Assembly: GCA_963815835.1 (NCBI GenBank)
Contig: CAWFIF010000001.1
Span: forward strand, 2,372,311-2,436,310
Length of the DNA: 64,000 bases
From: an uncultured delta proteobacterium
GTDB taxonomy: Bacteria > Desulfobacterota > Binatia > Binatales > Binataceae
Reading direction: 5' to 3'
Shown: one piece after another, positions 10,009-19,696 of the stretch
How positions within the stretch are numbered: position 1 is the first letter of the stretch
Layout of the letters: each line of letters begins with the position of its first letter
Program-made: the position numbers and the translations under genes
The notes under the pieces: generated by a model
Database searches by the model: none
What the model saw: the letters and a program-made list of their open reading frames with translations, nothing else
Told to the model about the DNA's origin: nothing

Positions 10009-11157
10009 ATGGAAGAATCCGCAGATAAAGACATAGTCGCCGCGGTGCGACGCTTCGTGGAACGCGACGTGATCCCGAGCGCATCGGAACTCGAACATGC
10101 CGATGAGTATCCGCATGCGCTGGTCGCCACCATGAAGGAACTCGGACTGTTCGGCGCGACGATTCCGGTCGAGCATGGAGGCTTAGGCCTCAGCTTCGTC
10201 AGCTATGCGCACGTGATGGAGGAACTCTCGCGCGGATGGATGAGCCTCGCGGGCGTAATCAATAGCCATCTGATCATGGCGTTCATCATCACGCATCATG
10301 GGACCGCGGAGCAGAAGAAATATTTCCTGCCCGCGATGGCCCGAGGTGAAAAGCGCGGCGGCCTCGCGCTCACCGAGCCGCATGCGGGTTCGGATGTCCA
10401 ATCGATCAAGACGATCGCGCGCCGGCGCGGCGACGATTACGTCATCACCGGCAGCAAGATGTTCATCACCAATGCGCGTCACGGCACTATGCTCGCGGTC
10501 GCGGCCAAAACCAATCCCAAGGCCGAGCCCGCGTATGCCGGCATCAGCATGTTCGCGGTCGAGAAGAGCGAAGCGGGTCCGACCGTGAGTCGCAACCTCA
10601 AGAAGCTCGGCTACAAGGGCATCGACACGTGCGAGGTGCTGTTCGAGGACGTCGCGGTGCCGGCGGCGCATCTGATTGGCGGCGCCGAGGGGCAGGGCTT
10701 CAAGCAGGTGATGAGCGCGCTCGAAGTCGGGCGCATCAACGTGGCGGCGCGTGCGGTCGGAGTGGGGCAGGCCGCATTCGAGAATGCGATCCGCTATGCG
10801 CAGCAGCGCACGGCATTCGGCAAGCCGATCGCGCAGCATCAGGCGGTGCAGCTTCTGCTCGCCGACATGGCGACCAATATCGAGGCGGCGCGCCTGATGG
10901 TGCATAACGCGGCGCGCAAGAAGGACGCCGGCGAGCGATGCGACGTCGAGGCCGGGATGGCGAAGCTGTTCGCGTCGGAGGCATGCGCGAAAGCCTCGCT
11001 CGATGCGATGCGGGTGCTGGGCGGCTACGGCTTCATGGCGGAATTTCCGGTCGAGCGCTTTTATCGCGACGCGCCGCTGATGATGATTGGCGAGGGGACG
11101 AACGAGATCCAGGCCCTCGTCATCGCGAGGGGATTGCTATCGCGGTACGCGGTATGA
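10009..11157 (+). CDS. acyl-CoA dehydrogenase
   Basis: 382 aa with ACAD N, middle and C domains (LTEPHAGSDV, GSKMFITNA, catalytic region YGFMAEFPVERFYRDA). Confidence 0.9.
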   Translation: MEESADKDIVAAVRRFVERDVIPSASELEHADEYPHALVATMKELGLFGATIPVEHGGLGLSFVSYAHVMEELSRGWMSLAGVINSHLIMAFIITHHGTAEQKKYFLPAMARGEKRGGLALTEPHAGSDVQSIKTIARRRGDDYVITGSKMFITNARHGTMLAVAAKTNPKAEPAYAGISMFAVEKSEAGPTVSRNLKKLGYKGIDTCEVLFEDVAVPAAHLIGGAEGQGFKQVMSALEVGRINVAARAVGVGQAAFENAIRYAQQRTAFGKPIAQHQAVQLLLADMATNIEAARLMVHNAARKKDAGERCDVEAGMAKLFASEACAKASLDAMRVLGGYGFMAEFPVERFYRDAPLMMIGEGTNEIQALVIARGLLSRYAV

Positions 11158-11225
11158 GGACTTTAGTGACCAGTTCAGTTGCTCGAACTTTAAGGCGTAA
11201 CGACCGCCATCAGCCGCGGAATGAA

Positions 11226-11426
11226 CTACGACCGGTGGCGGAGGGTCGCCATAGCACTCTGGATTAATTGAACGATTTCGATAAGGGTTCGTTCTAGCGT
11301 TTTCCCCAAAGCGTGTTCTCTAGGCTTGGGAACCTCGTACAATTCCTTCCTCAGTCGTTCCGCTTGTTTTGGATCGATATCATCGAGGGTTTGTAGAAGG
11401 ACCTGTTCTGCTGGGCGTAACGCCAT
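11226..11426 (-). CDS. small hypothetical protein (66 aa), possibly a remnant
   Basis: ORF only. Lies within a ~0.7-kb stretch (11158-11832) that lacks intact genes. The upstream frame has coding-like residues interrupted by stops. Confidence 0.25.
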   Translation of the reverse strand: MALRPAEQVLLQTLDDIDPKQAERLRKELYEVPKPREHALGKTLERTLIEIVQLIQSAMATLRHRS

Positions 11427-11832
11427 CTCAACCTCTCGTGCGCAGGTGGCGGAGGAGTCGCGAAATTTCTTCGGCCGCTTTCTCAGGCGGTAATCCAGAT
11501 ACTATCACGGGAAATGTCTGCAAAATAATGTTCTCTCGCCGCAACCTGAGTATCGCATCGATGGGACGCCAAAGTAAGAACTGAGAAACCGTTCCACCAG
11601 CAGAAACGTATGGGTTACGGAGCCAATAGCCCGCGAGGATAACTCCGGCCGATGAGAAAAATTCCTACCGCCATACTGATAACGATTGCTTCGGCGCGGG
11701 AATTGGCTGCGAGCGCAGCATCAACGCGTTTGTCTATTGTGGCTGGATCCAGCAAATCGCTGAAAGACTATCCTCACAGCGGCCCAAGTCAAGCGAGACT
11801 CATCTACCGAATAGCGCAAGGAAGACGTTGAG

Positions 11833-12567
11833 TTACTCTCGCGCGAATTCGTACAGCGCGTCGGCGCATTCCTTCGGATGCGTGAACATCACCTCATGAG
11901 CGCTCTTGATTTTGCGGATGCTCGGATTGCGGAGGCGCCCGGAATACGTGGGATGCCATAGCGGATGGCCATCGGGGCAGAGGTCGTCCTCGCATACCAG
12001 GTAACTCTGCGGCACATTCGTCGCGTGGAATGATTTCATGTCCACCGGATCGAGAAACGGCTGAATCGGTTGCGGACATAGCGTCGAGAGAACCCAGTCC
12101 TGCATTTCCTTCTTGCCGTCCTGCATGAAGAAGCTGCGGAACGCCTCCGTCATCGGTTCGATAGCAAGCGATTTGTCGTAGCGCGAGTTTGCCAGCTGGA
12201 TGAGCGGCGCGGTGGATTCGTTATTCGGATCGAAAATCGCCTTGCCGTCTTCCGGCACCATCGCGGTCACGAAAACCACGCGCTTGATGCGATCGGGAAT
12301 CCTGGTGACGACACCCGGCATCACCAACCCGCCCATGCTATGGCCGGCGAGCACGACATTGCGCAGATCGCGATCCTCGATGAACTTCACGACGCTGTCA
12401 ACGTAAGTGTGGAGCGTCACTTTGGCGCGCTCGAAGGGATTTGCATTGTTGCCGGGCAAATCCACCGCATGACTGTGATCGCCATGTTTTCCCAATTCAT
12501 TGATAACCGCGGCCCAGCAAAACGCGCCATGCCACGCGCCATGAACGAGAACAAAATTCTCAGCCAT
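11833..12567 (-). CDS. alpha/beta hydrolase (methylesterase/salicylate-binding-protein-like)
   Basis: 244 aa. VLVHGAWHG oxyanion region and a nucleophile elbow GHSMGG. Confidence 0.85.
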   Translation of the reverse strand: MAENFVLVHGAWHGAFCWAAVINELGKHGDHSHAVDLPGNNANPFERAKVTLHTYVDSVVKFIEDRDLRNVVLAGHSMGGLVMPGVVTRIPDRIKRVVFVTAMVPEDGKAIFDPNNESTAPLIQLANSRYDKSLAIEPMTEAFRSFFMQDGKKEMQDWVLSTLCPQPIQPFLDPVDMKSFHATNVPQSYLVCEDDLCPDGHPLWHPTYSGRLRNPSIRKIKSAHEVMFTHPKECADALYEFARE

Positions 12568-12729
12568 TTCAAATCTCCATCACAGGGCCAAATGTGCAGT
12601 TTCGTTACAGTAGGGTCGGTGCATAGAAGCACGAGGTCGGCTGCGATGGCAAATTGGGAGGGGCTTGTGCCAACGAGCCTAACGGCATACCTCTTGCTCG
12701 TGCGATAGAGGACACGACGTGGCGGTTTT

Positions 12730-13122
12730 ATGAATCACGCAGACAACCCGGTTTTGCACGGTCACGATTGGGCCGTAGCGGCCTGGATGATCCTTTTGAT
12801 GGCGGTGGTGCTGGGGCTTGCCAGCAATCAAACTTTGCAGTTGATCAGCGCTGATTCTCAATTCCGCGCGCACTCGATTTCAGACACCGCACAGGAAATG
12901 GCGACTGTGGCGCGGCTCGCGATTCCACACCATGACACTTTCCCCGCCGTGCTGACGGTTCCGTTCGCCGTTACAAGAACGCAACGGATGATGGTGGCTC
13001 GCGTGAAACATCGTGCGGAGGCCGCCCGGCGCGACGATCAGCTTCGAAGCGGCGAGAAAGCTGCGCCGAGGCTGCTTACCGGGCTCGCGATACTCGGCGC
13101 ATCGCAGTCGTCCAACCACTAA
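12730..13122 (+). CDS. hypothetical protein
   Basis: 130-aa ORF only. One hydrophobic segment and no recognisable motifs. Confidence 0.25.
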   Translation: MNHADNPVLHGHDWAVAAWMILLMAVVLGLASNQTLQLISADSQFRAHSISDTAQEMATVARLAIPHHDTFPAVLTVPFAVTRTQRMMVARVKHRAEAARRDDQLRSGEKAAPRLLTGLAILGASQSSNH

Positions 13123-13185
13123 TCGATAACATCCGCGATGGCGCAAAAGGGACCAACTGTCCCTTTTGGTATAGATCCGCTAACG

Positions 13186-14406
13186 CTAAGTGGCTGTCGG
13201 CGTCACCGCCTGACCGTCTTTAAGCGTCGTCGGCGGCACCACGATCACCATCTCGCCGCCATCGAGTCCCTGCTTGACCTCGAAGCCATCCTGGAACTCG
13301 CGCCCGAGGATGACCGGTACCTTGGTCGCATGATCATTGCGAATCACCCAGACCGTGGTTTCTCGACCTTCGCCGACGACCGCCTTCTTCGGCACCACGA
13401 CCAGCGGACTGGTTTGCTGCTTGGCCGGAGCGGCAAGGAAGGTCACCTTGACGCTCAACTCGGGCTTGATGATAGTCAGGTCGGGCTTGAGCAGGTGGAC
13501 TTCGATTTTCACCGTGCCTTTCTGGCGATCGGCGGCCGGATAAATCTTCACCACCCTCGCGTCGTATGACTGATCGGGATAGGAATCGGGAATGACGCTG
13601 GCTGGAGTGCCCATCGAGATGCGGGAAATGTCGCTCTCATTGATGTCGACCTCGGCGCGCATGTCTTCGGTATCGGCTAGTTGCGCGATATCGAACACGC
13701 CGGCGCCAGCCAGAGTCTGTCCGCCATAGTTAATGTTGTCGCCGATCTCGTGGTACTTGGTCAGCACGATGCCGTTGATCGGCGAGGTGATGACGCACTG
13801 GCTGATGAAGTATTGCGCGGAGTAGATCGCGGCGTTTGCCTTCTCGAGCGAGGCCTGTGCGACCGCCAGTTTATTCTCCGTCTGATCGAGTTCGTCCTGC
13901 GAAACGACACCCTCGCGCCGCAGGGTACGCAGTCGCTTGGCCTCGGCCAGGTCGAGTCGCACATTAGCCGCGGCGAGGTCGCGATCCGCGATGGCCTGAT
14001 TGAGCAGGCCGCGATAGTTGCGATCGTCGATCTTCGCGAGCAGGGAACCCTTGTGGACCAACTGACCTTCCTCGATTGGCTCCGAGACAATCGTTCCTTG
14101 AACATTGGCGCCGACCGAGATGTACTTGTGCTTCGTTACCACGTATCCCGAGCCGGTCAGCATCACGCCTTGTTGCCCCGCGCTGTGCACCGTCACCATC
14201 GCGGTCTGCACCTCCGGAGGACGTCCCAGCGTGCGGATGTAGACCTCGTAGCCGACGCCGCACAGCACCGCGAGCACCACCACGGTGATCGCGATTGGTA
14301 GCAGCCGGCTGCGGCGCTTCGGCTCAGCGCGCGCGATCCTTAACGATTCGAGCTCGCGAACCGCGCTGCTCTTTGGGCCATCAGGCGGCATCTGACGATC
14401 CTCCAC
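13186..14406 (-). CDS. efflux transporter periplasmic adaptor subunit (HlyD/MacA family)
   Basis: 406 aa. N-terminal TM anchor, coiled-coil hairpin, and lipoyl plus beta-barrel domains. Distal gene of the permease/ATPase operon. Confidence 0.85.
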   Translation of the reverse strand: MEDRQMPPDGPKSSAVRELESLRIARAEPKRRSRLLPIAITVVVLAVLCGVGYEVYIRTLGRPPEVQTAMVTVHSAGQQGVMLTGSGYVVTKHKYISVGANVQGTIVSEPIEEGQLVHKGSLLAKIDDRNYRGLLNQAIADRDLAAANVRLDLAEAKRLRTLRREGVVSQDELDQTENKLAVAQASLEKANAAIYSAQYFISQCVITSPINGIVLTKYHEIGDNINYGGQTLAGAGVFDIAQLADTEDMRAEVDINESDISRISMGTPASVIPDSYPDQSYDARVVKIYPAADRQKGTVKIEVHLLKPDLTIIKPELSVKVTFLAAPAKQQTSPLVVVPKKAVVGEGRETTVWVIRNDHATKVPVILGREFQDGFEVKQGLDGGEMVIVVPPTTLKDGQAVTPTAT

Positions 14407-14428
14407 TAGTCTTGCACTAGATCTCGCA

Positions 14429-15592
14429 CTAGATCCTGCGCAGCGCGTTCACCACGCTAAGGCGCATCGCTTGCCGCGCGGGCAACCATCCACCGAAAGT
14501 ACCCATCAGCGCGGCGAACAACATCGCTTCAATCACGATAGTAGGCGTGACCCGGAAATTGAAACTCAAGGTGGAAAAGGTCATGAAGTTGCCGAACGAG
14601 GTCGAAAAGCCGTTGATAGGCAGCGCCAGTATGATGCCCACGATTCCGGCCAGGCTTGCCAGCATCAACGACTCGAGCAGGAATGATCCTAGCACCGCGC
14701 CCGGAGTAAAGCCGAGGGCGCGCAGCGTTCCGATCTCGGAGGTGCGCGCCGATACCGACGCATACATGGTGTTCATCGCGGCGAACACCGCCCCGACTCC
14801 CATGATGACCGCGACGATCATTCCCAGCACTCGCAACTGGTTCGCCACCACCGATTGATCTTTATAGTACTGCGATTCCGGCTCGGCTTGCAGATTGATG
14901 CGCGGATCGTCGGCGATGCGCCGGATCAACGCCTGATCGTCGGCGCCGGGCGCGAGCTTGAGCCGTGCGATCGCGTAGTATGCGCCGCGCTGGCTGTCGG
15001 CCTGCACATCGTGGATATCGGCCCACACTTCGGACTCGAACGAGCTTCCATCGGCGTCGAACATACCGACCACTTTCCAGTCGCCGCGCCCGAAATGCAG
15101 CGTCGAGCCCACGCTGCAATTCTTATAGCGTCCGTGCAGACCCTTGCCGACCATCACTTCGCGCACGCTCGGATTGAACATGCGCCCCTCGATGATATGC
15201 AGCTTGTCGTGCACCTTCTGGGCAACCGGCAGCACGCCGCGGATGACGATATTGTCGCGCCCGCCCGCCACGCTCTCGAGCAGCACCTGGACCGGAAGTT
15301 CCGGCGACGCGTACGGTTGGCCGTCCGCATCGTGCTTGATTCCGGGCAGGAACTTGAGCGTGTCGAACTGGTCGAGCGTCATGTTCGAGTAGGTCTCGGT
15401 GGTCGCGCCCTTGCGCAGCACGATGAGATTGTCCGGCGAACCGGCCTCGGTGATCGACGATGCGAGTCCCGCGACCATCGCCATCACGACTACGAACACC
15501 GCCACCACCAGCGCGATTCCGCCGCCGGTCATGAGAGTGGACACGCGCCGCACCAGCAGGCTGCGAAAATTATATTTCAGTGGAATAGCCAT
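14429..15592 (-). CDS. ABC transporter permease, FtsX/MacB-like
   Basis: 387 aa with the same architecture as the other permease paralogs. Confidence 0.85.
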   Translation of the reverse strand: MAIPLKYNFRSLLVRRVSTLMTGGGIALVVAVFVVVMAMVAGLASSITEAGSPDNLIVLRKGATTETYSNMTLDQFDTLKFLPGIKHDADGQPYASPELPVQVLLESVAGGRDNIVIRGVLPVAQKVHDKLHIIEGRMFNPSVREVMVGKGLHGRYKNCSVGSTLHFGRGDWKVVGMFDADGSSFESEVWADIHDVQADSQRGAYYAIARLKLAPGADDQALIRRIADDPRINLQAEPESQYYKDQSVVANQLRVLGMIVAVIMGVGAVFAAMNTMYASVSARTSEIGTLRALGFTPGAVLGSFLLESLMLASLAGIVGIILALPINGFSTSFGNFMTFSTLSFNFRVTPTIVIEAMLFAALMGTFGGWLPARQAMRLSVVNALRRI

Positions 15593-15705
15593 TTTAATTT
15601 TCGCTCGACTCCGCTTCGCTCCGCCTCGCGAGCGACTTCGTCGCGGCGCTACGCGCCCTCTTCGGGCCTCTATCGCGACAATGTGCCTGACCTTGTGTCA
15701 CTGCT

Positions 15706-16839
15706 TCACGCGACCAACCTCAATGCTTCGACGATATTCATTTTCGATGCCGACCGGGCGGGAATCCATGCGCTCAGGAGTCCGATGATTGCCGCTGCGA
15801 TCAGAGTTTCGACCAGCACCACCGGCGGGATCCGAATCGAAAGCATTCCCATCTTCGGACCCGCGAATACCTTGAGCGCGAGAAAAGCCGCGCCGCATCC
15901 GAGCACCCCGCCGATCAATCCGATCACGAGGGACTCCGCGAGCAGAGTCGAGAGAATCACGCGCGCGGGAAATCCCATCGAGCGCATCACCGCGATCTCG
16001 CCGCGCCGTTCGCGAATCGACATCGCCGAGGTATTCGCCGCGACCAGCCCGACCGTGATCACGATGATGAAGCCGAGAATCTCGAACAGGTTGAACATCA
16101 TCCGGTATTGGCGCAGAAAGCCGCCGATGAACGCCGCTTCCGATTCGCTCTGGGTCTCGGCCGAGGAGTTAGCGAACTGCTCATCGATCGCGGCGATCAA
16201 CTGCGGAACATTTTCACTTTTGTCGGCGCGCACCCAGATGTTGGAGACGAAGCCCGGGCGTCCCGCGGCCTCTTCCAGGTAATCGCGACGAAAGTACAAG
16301 ATGCTGGGCGGCGCCTTACCGGACATTTGTCCGACGATGTTGAGCGTCACGTTGAACGGATAGACCGTGCCCTTGAGTATGATCTGCTGGCCGATTTTGA
16401 GATGGAAACGCTTCATCGTATCGGCGCCGACCACGCATGCAGTCCGCAGCTTCTTGAACTGTTCCCATTGCTCGGCCGTTAGCTCCCAATCCGGGAACAT
16501 AATGTCGGCCTGGTCGTGATCCATCGCCATGTTGGGAAACTGATCGTTCACGTCGTGGAGGATGCCGCCGAACCAACACTGCGAAGCGGTCGCGACCACA
16601 TGCGGCATGATGGCGATCTTCTGCCGATATGCGATCGGGATCGAATAGGTAAGCCCCGATTTATTGTGCGTGACAATACGGTCCGACGCCGCGGTATCGG
16701 CGAGAATCTGATTGGCCACCGTCGGCAGGCTGACCAGCGCGGAAAAAATAAATAGCGACACCGCGATCGAGAACACCGTCAGCACGGTGCGCCGCTTGTT
16801 GCGAAACAGGTTCTTCAGAATTAGGTCAAAAAATTTCAT
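15706..16839 (-). CDS. ABC transporter permease, FtsX/MacB-like
   Basis: 377 aa, paralog. Confidence 0.85.
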   Translation of the reverse strand: MKFFDLILKNLFRNKRRTVLTVFSIAVSLFIFSALVSLPTVANQILADTAASDRIVTHNKSGLTYSIPIAYRQKIAIMPHVVATASQCWFGGILHDVNDQFPNMAMDHDQADIMFPDWELTAEQWEQFKKLRTACVVGADTMKRFHLKIGQQIILKGTVYPFNVTLNIVGQMSGKAPPSILYFRRDYLEEAAGRPGFVSNIWVRADKSENVPQLIAAIDEQFANSSAETQSESEAAFIGGFLRQYRMMFNLFEILGFIIVITVGLVAANTSAMSIRERRGEIAVMRSMGFPARVILSTLLAESLVIGLIGGVLGCGAAFLALKVFAGPKMGMLSIRIPPVVLVETLIAAAIIGLLSAWIPARSASKMNIVEALRLVA

Positions 16840-16849
16840 CTTGATCTTA

Positions 16850-16871
16850 GTAGCACAGGCTTTAGCCTGTG
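16850..16871. repeat. REP-like palindromic element (GTAG+CACAGGCTTTAGCCTGTG)
   Basis: Intra-operon, between the ATPase stop and the permease start. Partner at 16922. Confidence 0.8.
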
Positions 16872-16921
16872 ATTCTTCTTCGCTCTCAGATCAGAAACAT
16901 CTTGCAGCCTTCAGTTCAGAA

Positions 16922-16943
16922 CACAGGCTAAAGCCTGTGCTAC
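16922..16943. repeat. REP-like palindromic element (CACAGGCTAAAGCCTGTG+CTAC)
   Basis: Inverted partner of 16850, separated by a 50-bp spacer. Confidence 0.8.
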
Positions 16944-16970
16944 TTCAGAAAATCTTTTCTCGAGAGCCCT

Positions 16971-17714
16971 CTAATTGCTCCCGGTCGCCGCCTGTGGCGC
17001 ACTCGAGGCCGGCGTGCGGCCGCCCGGTTCGATGCCCGCCAGAATTCCCTTATCGAGATGATAGACCTGTTCGACGTAACGCACTGCGCGCTGATCGTGC
17101 GTCACCATCACGATGGTCTTGTTGAACATCCGATTCAGCTCGACCAGCAGGGTGAGAATTTCCTCGGCGGATTTCGCGTCGAGGTCACCCGTGGGCTCGT
17201 CCGCGACCACGATAGTCGGGTCGGTGACGATCGCGCGCGCGATCGCGACCCGCTGCTCCTGTCCACCGGAGAGCTGACGCGGATAGTGATTCATCCGATC
17301 GGATAGACTCACCACTTTGAGCGCCGTTTCGACATGGTGCTTGCGATCGGCCTTGCTCAGATCGGTGAGCAGCAGCGGCAGCTCGACGTTTTCGAATGCG
17401 GTCAGGACCGGAATCAGGTTGTAGAACTGGAACACCAGCCCGATATGCCGCGCGCGCCAGTGCGCGAGGTCGCGCTCCTTCATCGAGGTGATTTCCTCGC
17501 CGCCGACTTTCACGTGGCCCGAAGTAGCGTGATCGATTCCCGCTATGAGGTTGAGGAGCGTGGTCTTGCCCGAGCCCGACGGCCCCATGATCGCGACGAA
17601 GCGCCCGTTGGGAAGCTTGATCGAGATGTCATCGAGCGCGCGCACCTCGAACTCATCGCGGGTGTAGATGCGGCTGACATGATCGAGTTCAATCGCGTAT
17701 TCGTTTTCAGGCAT
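16971..17714 (-). CDS. ABC transporter ATP-binding protein (MacB/LolD-type NBD)
   Basis: Walker [10 protein letters not shown], signature LSGGQEQR and Walker B IVVADEPT. Start assigned to ATG 17714 ([11 protein letters not shown]). The longer ORF reads through the REP elements. Confidence 0.9.
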   Translation of the reverse strand: MPENEYAIELDHVSRIYTRDEFEVRALDDISIKLPNGRFVAIMGPSGSGKTTLLNLIAGIDHATSGHVKVGGEEITSMKERDLAHWRARHIGLVFQFYNLIPVLTAFENVELPLLLTDLSKADRKHHVETALKVVSLSDRMNHYPRQLSGGQEQRVAIARAIVTDPTIVVADEPTGDLDAKSAEEILTLLVELNRMFNKTIVMVTHDQRAVRYVEQVYHLDKGILAGIEPGGRTPASSAPQAATGSN

Positions 17715-17732
17715 CTTGGTTTTCCCCAGTGG

Positions 17733-17750
17733 CACAGGCTTTAGCCTGTG
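17733..17750. repeat. REP-like palindromic element (CACAGGCTTTAGCCTGTG)
   Basis: 19 bp upstream of the ATPase start codon. Partner at 17799. Confidence 0.8.
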
Positions 17751-17798
17751 TCTTTGTGCTCTTAGGGCCGCATTCACATCCCCGATGTGGGATGAGGA

Positions 17799-17816
17799 CA
17801 CAGGCTAAAGCCCTTG
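17799..17816. repeat. REP-like palindromic element, degenerate right arm (CACAGGCTAAAGCCCTTG)
   Basis: Inverted partner with two mismatches in the distal arm. Confidence 0.6.
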
Positions 17817-17937
17817 CCGTCGTCAGCAAGCGGCATGCCGCGATTCCGCCCGCGCGAGCCTCCGTTTTCCTCAGATTTCATCATGCCAATCGGAGCACGC
17901 AGTATAGCGCCTGCGCACAGCGCACTGCACCAGTCAG

Positions 17938-18666
17938 TCATCGCTTCGCGCTCGCGGGACGAATCGGCTTGTGAACGCTTCCGGCCCTGCCTCGCGGCGC
18001 CACCGCGAGTTCGCGCGCCATCTCCACTTCAAGTTTTGCCATCATCTGCGCCTTGAAGGCGGTGAGCTGCTGTCCGATTTTCACCAGCATCTTGCGAAAC
18101 GGATTCTCGCCGCGCGTCTTCATCTCGCTGACCAGCCTTGCGAGTTGCTGCGCCCACATCTGATCGAACTCGCGCATCCTCTTCATGTGGGCCATCGCGG
18201 CGTCGGGATTATGATGCCCGAAGTAAATCTTCACCTGCGCTTCGTCGTGGACGAACAACGGTGGCGACGGCTCGGCCAGCATCTTCAGAAAGTGTTCGCG
18301 TCCCCGAGGCGTGATGGCGTAAACCTTGCGCGCCCGCTTGCCGTGGCGCTCGGTGCGCATCGTAACCAGTTTGTCGCGCGCGAGTTTCTTCAGCGCCGGG
18401 TAAAGAGAACCATCGCTGACCCGATAAAAAAATCCCACCGAATCCTGAAAGCGCCGCTTCAAGTCGTACCCCGTCATTTCCGCGTCCATCAGGAAACCGA
18501 GCACCGGAAACTTGATGTCGATTCGCAGCGGAGCATCGTCGCGCGCCCCCACCTTCTCGAACGGCGGGGGCGTCCATTCACCTTGTCCGTTGCGATAGGA
18601 ATACAGCGGTGGTCGCTCCGGCGTCATATATATCAACCCAATAGCTCGACTTGATGTATGGGTCAA
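17938..18666 (-). CDS. PadR family transcriptional regulator with extended C-terminal domain
   Basis: PadR wHTH (FPVLGFLMDAEMTGYDLKRRF...GSLYPALKKLARDKLV...RKVYAITPRGREHF). The true start is probably internal, near MTPERPP or later. The N-terminal part overlaps a duplicated segment. Confidence 0.75.
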   Translation of the reverse strand: MTHTSSRAIGLIYMTPERPPLYSYRNGQGEWTPPPFEKVGARDDAPLRIDIKFPVLGFLMDAEMTGYDLKRRFQDSVGFFYRVSDGSLYPALKKLARDKLVTMRTERHGKRARKVYAITPRGREHFLKMLAEPSPPLFVHDEAQVKIYFGHHNPDAAMAHMKRMREFDQMWAQQLARLVSEMKTRGENPFRKMLVKIGQQLTAFKAQMMAKLEVEMARELAVAPRGRAGSVHKPIRPASAKR

Positions 18667-18668
18667 GC
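18541..18668. repeat. ~127-bp direct repeat, copy A (overlaps padR 5' end)
   Basis: ~90% identical to 19484-19612. The two copies bracket the HigB/HigA cassette. Confidence 0.85.
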
Positions 18669-18789
18669 AGCGCGCTTGAGAGAGCTACACGCCTGGTCGG
18701 CGGGCTTCTTCAGATTCAGCGGAGCGGGTGAAACAGGCTCCAGTTTGATTCTATAGCACTTAGTGCTATAGAATCGGTCGAGACGCAGC

Positions 18790-19161
18790 GTGCGAATCTT
18801 CAGATCCAGGTGGTTTCAGCGCTTTTCCCGGAAGGAGGGAATAGCGGATGCGGCTTTGCGTGAAGCTGTTGCTCGGGCCGAAAAGGGCCAGATCGACGCC
18901 GACCTTGGCGGTGAGGTCATCAAACAGCGGATTGCCAGGCCAGGGCATGGAAGATCGAAAGGTTACCGGGCCATCATCCTTTTCCGGCGCGGAGCTAAGG
19001 CATTCTTCGTGTACGGGTTTGCCAAAAGCCGGCGGGCTAATATCGATGACGAAGAGGAAGAACAGTTCCGGGAAGCCGCGAAGCATGTCCTGGCGCTGAC
19101 GGACCAACAACTCGCGGAGCTGTTGAAGGGGGGTGATTTTATGGAGGTGAAAAGTGAATGA
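18790..19161 (+). CDS. type II toxin, RelE/ParE superfamily (HigB-like, toxin-first arrangement)
   Basis: 123 aa with the core KGYRAIILFRRGAKAFFVYGFAKSRRANI. Followed by an XRE-HTH gene with a 4-bp overlap. Confidence 0.7.
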   Translation: MRIFRSRWFQRFSRKEGIADAALREAVARAEKGQIDADLGGEVIKQRIARPGHGRSKGYRAIILFRRGAKAFFVYGFAKSRRANIDDEEEEQFREAAKHVLALTDQQLAELLKGGDFMEVKSE

Positions 19162-19475
19162 GTAAAAAGTATCGAAGTGATGCCATGGCGGCGATCCATG
19201 AAACCATGGAGGCCTTGCACGATGTTGGAGCAATTGACAAACAGACGATGCGGCGTTTCGATGATGCCTGCCTTACGCCGATCCGGCAATTGAAGCCTAA
19301 AGAGATCAAGGCGATCCGGGAAAGAGAACACGTCAGCCAAACCGTTTTCGCGAACTACCTGAACGTAACCAGCAGTCTGGTCAGCAAGTGGGAGCGGGGC
19401 GAAAAGCGACCCTCTGGAGCCTCGCTCAAGCTGCTATCGCTGGTCGAGAAGAACGGGCTTGCTGCCGTTGCGTAG
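19158..19475 (+). CDS. HigA-like HTH (XRE family) antitoxin
   Basis: 105 aa. HTH region VSQTVFANYLNVTSSLVSKWERGEKRPSGASLKLL, typical of HigA/YiaG-type antitoxins. Confidence 0.7.
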   Translation: MSKKYRSDAMAAIHETMEALHDVGAIDKQTMRRFDDACLTPIRQLKPKEIKAIREREHVSQTVFANYLNVTSSLVSKWERGEKRPSGASLKLLSLVEKNGLAAVA

Positions 19476-19483
19476 TGGCATGA

Positions 19484-19612
19484 CACGCGCTCCCGCCTTC
19501 TCGAATGGCGAGGGCGCCCATTCACCTTGCCCGTTGCGATAGGAGTACAGCGGTGGTCGCTCCGGCGTCATATATATCAACCCAATAGCTCGACTTGATA
19601 CATGGATCAAGC
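19484..19612. repeat. ~127-bp direct repeat, copy B (contains a remnant of the padR N-terminal coding sequence)
   Basis: The minus-strand ORF 19434-19652 reproduces SSRAIGLIYMTPERPPLYSYRNGQGEW from padR. Confidence 0.85.
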
Positions 19613-19649
19613 CGGGAAAGGTTCTTTGGCGCCCATAAGATTTCCAGAA

Positions 19650-19667
19650 CACAGGCTGAAGCCTGTG
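19650..19667. repeat. REP-like palindromic element (CACAGGCTGAAGCCTGTG)
   Basis: Downstream of the permease 19740-20891. Partner at 19697. Confidence 0.8.
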
Positions 19668-19696
19668 CCACCACAGACCAGCATCTTCATTACTGG

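Noticed and set aside
8687-10084. Long 465-aa version of nadA
   Set aside because: The N-terminal 119 residues have no similarity to NadA and run through the promoter region. The ATG at 9727 gives a canonical-length protein.
17729-17750. Sigma-54 promoter-like TGGCAC in REP copies (GTGGCACAGGCTTTAGCC)
   Set aside because: The GG to GC spacing is one nucleotide longer than the -24/-12 consensus (TGGCAC-N5-TTGCW) and the -12 TTGC is missing. The resemblance arises from the palindrome itself and recurs in both orientations.
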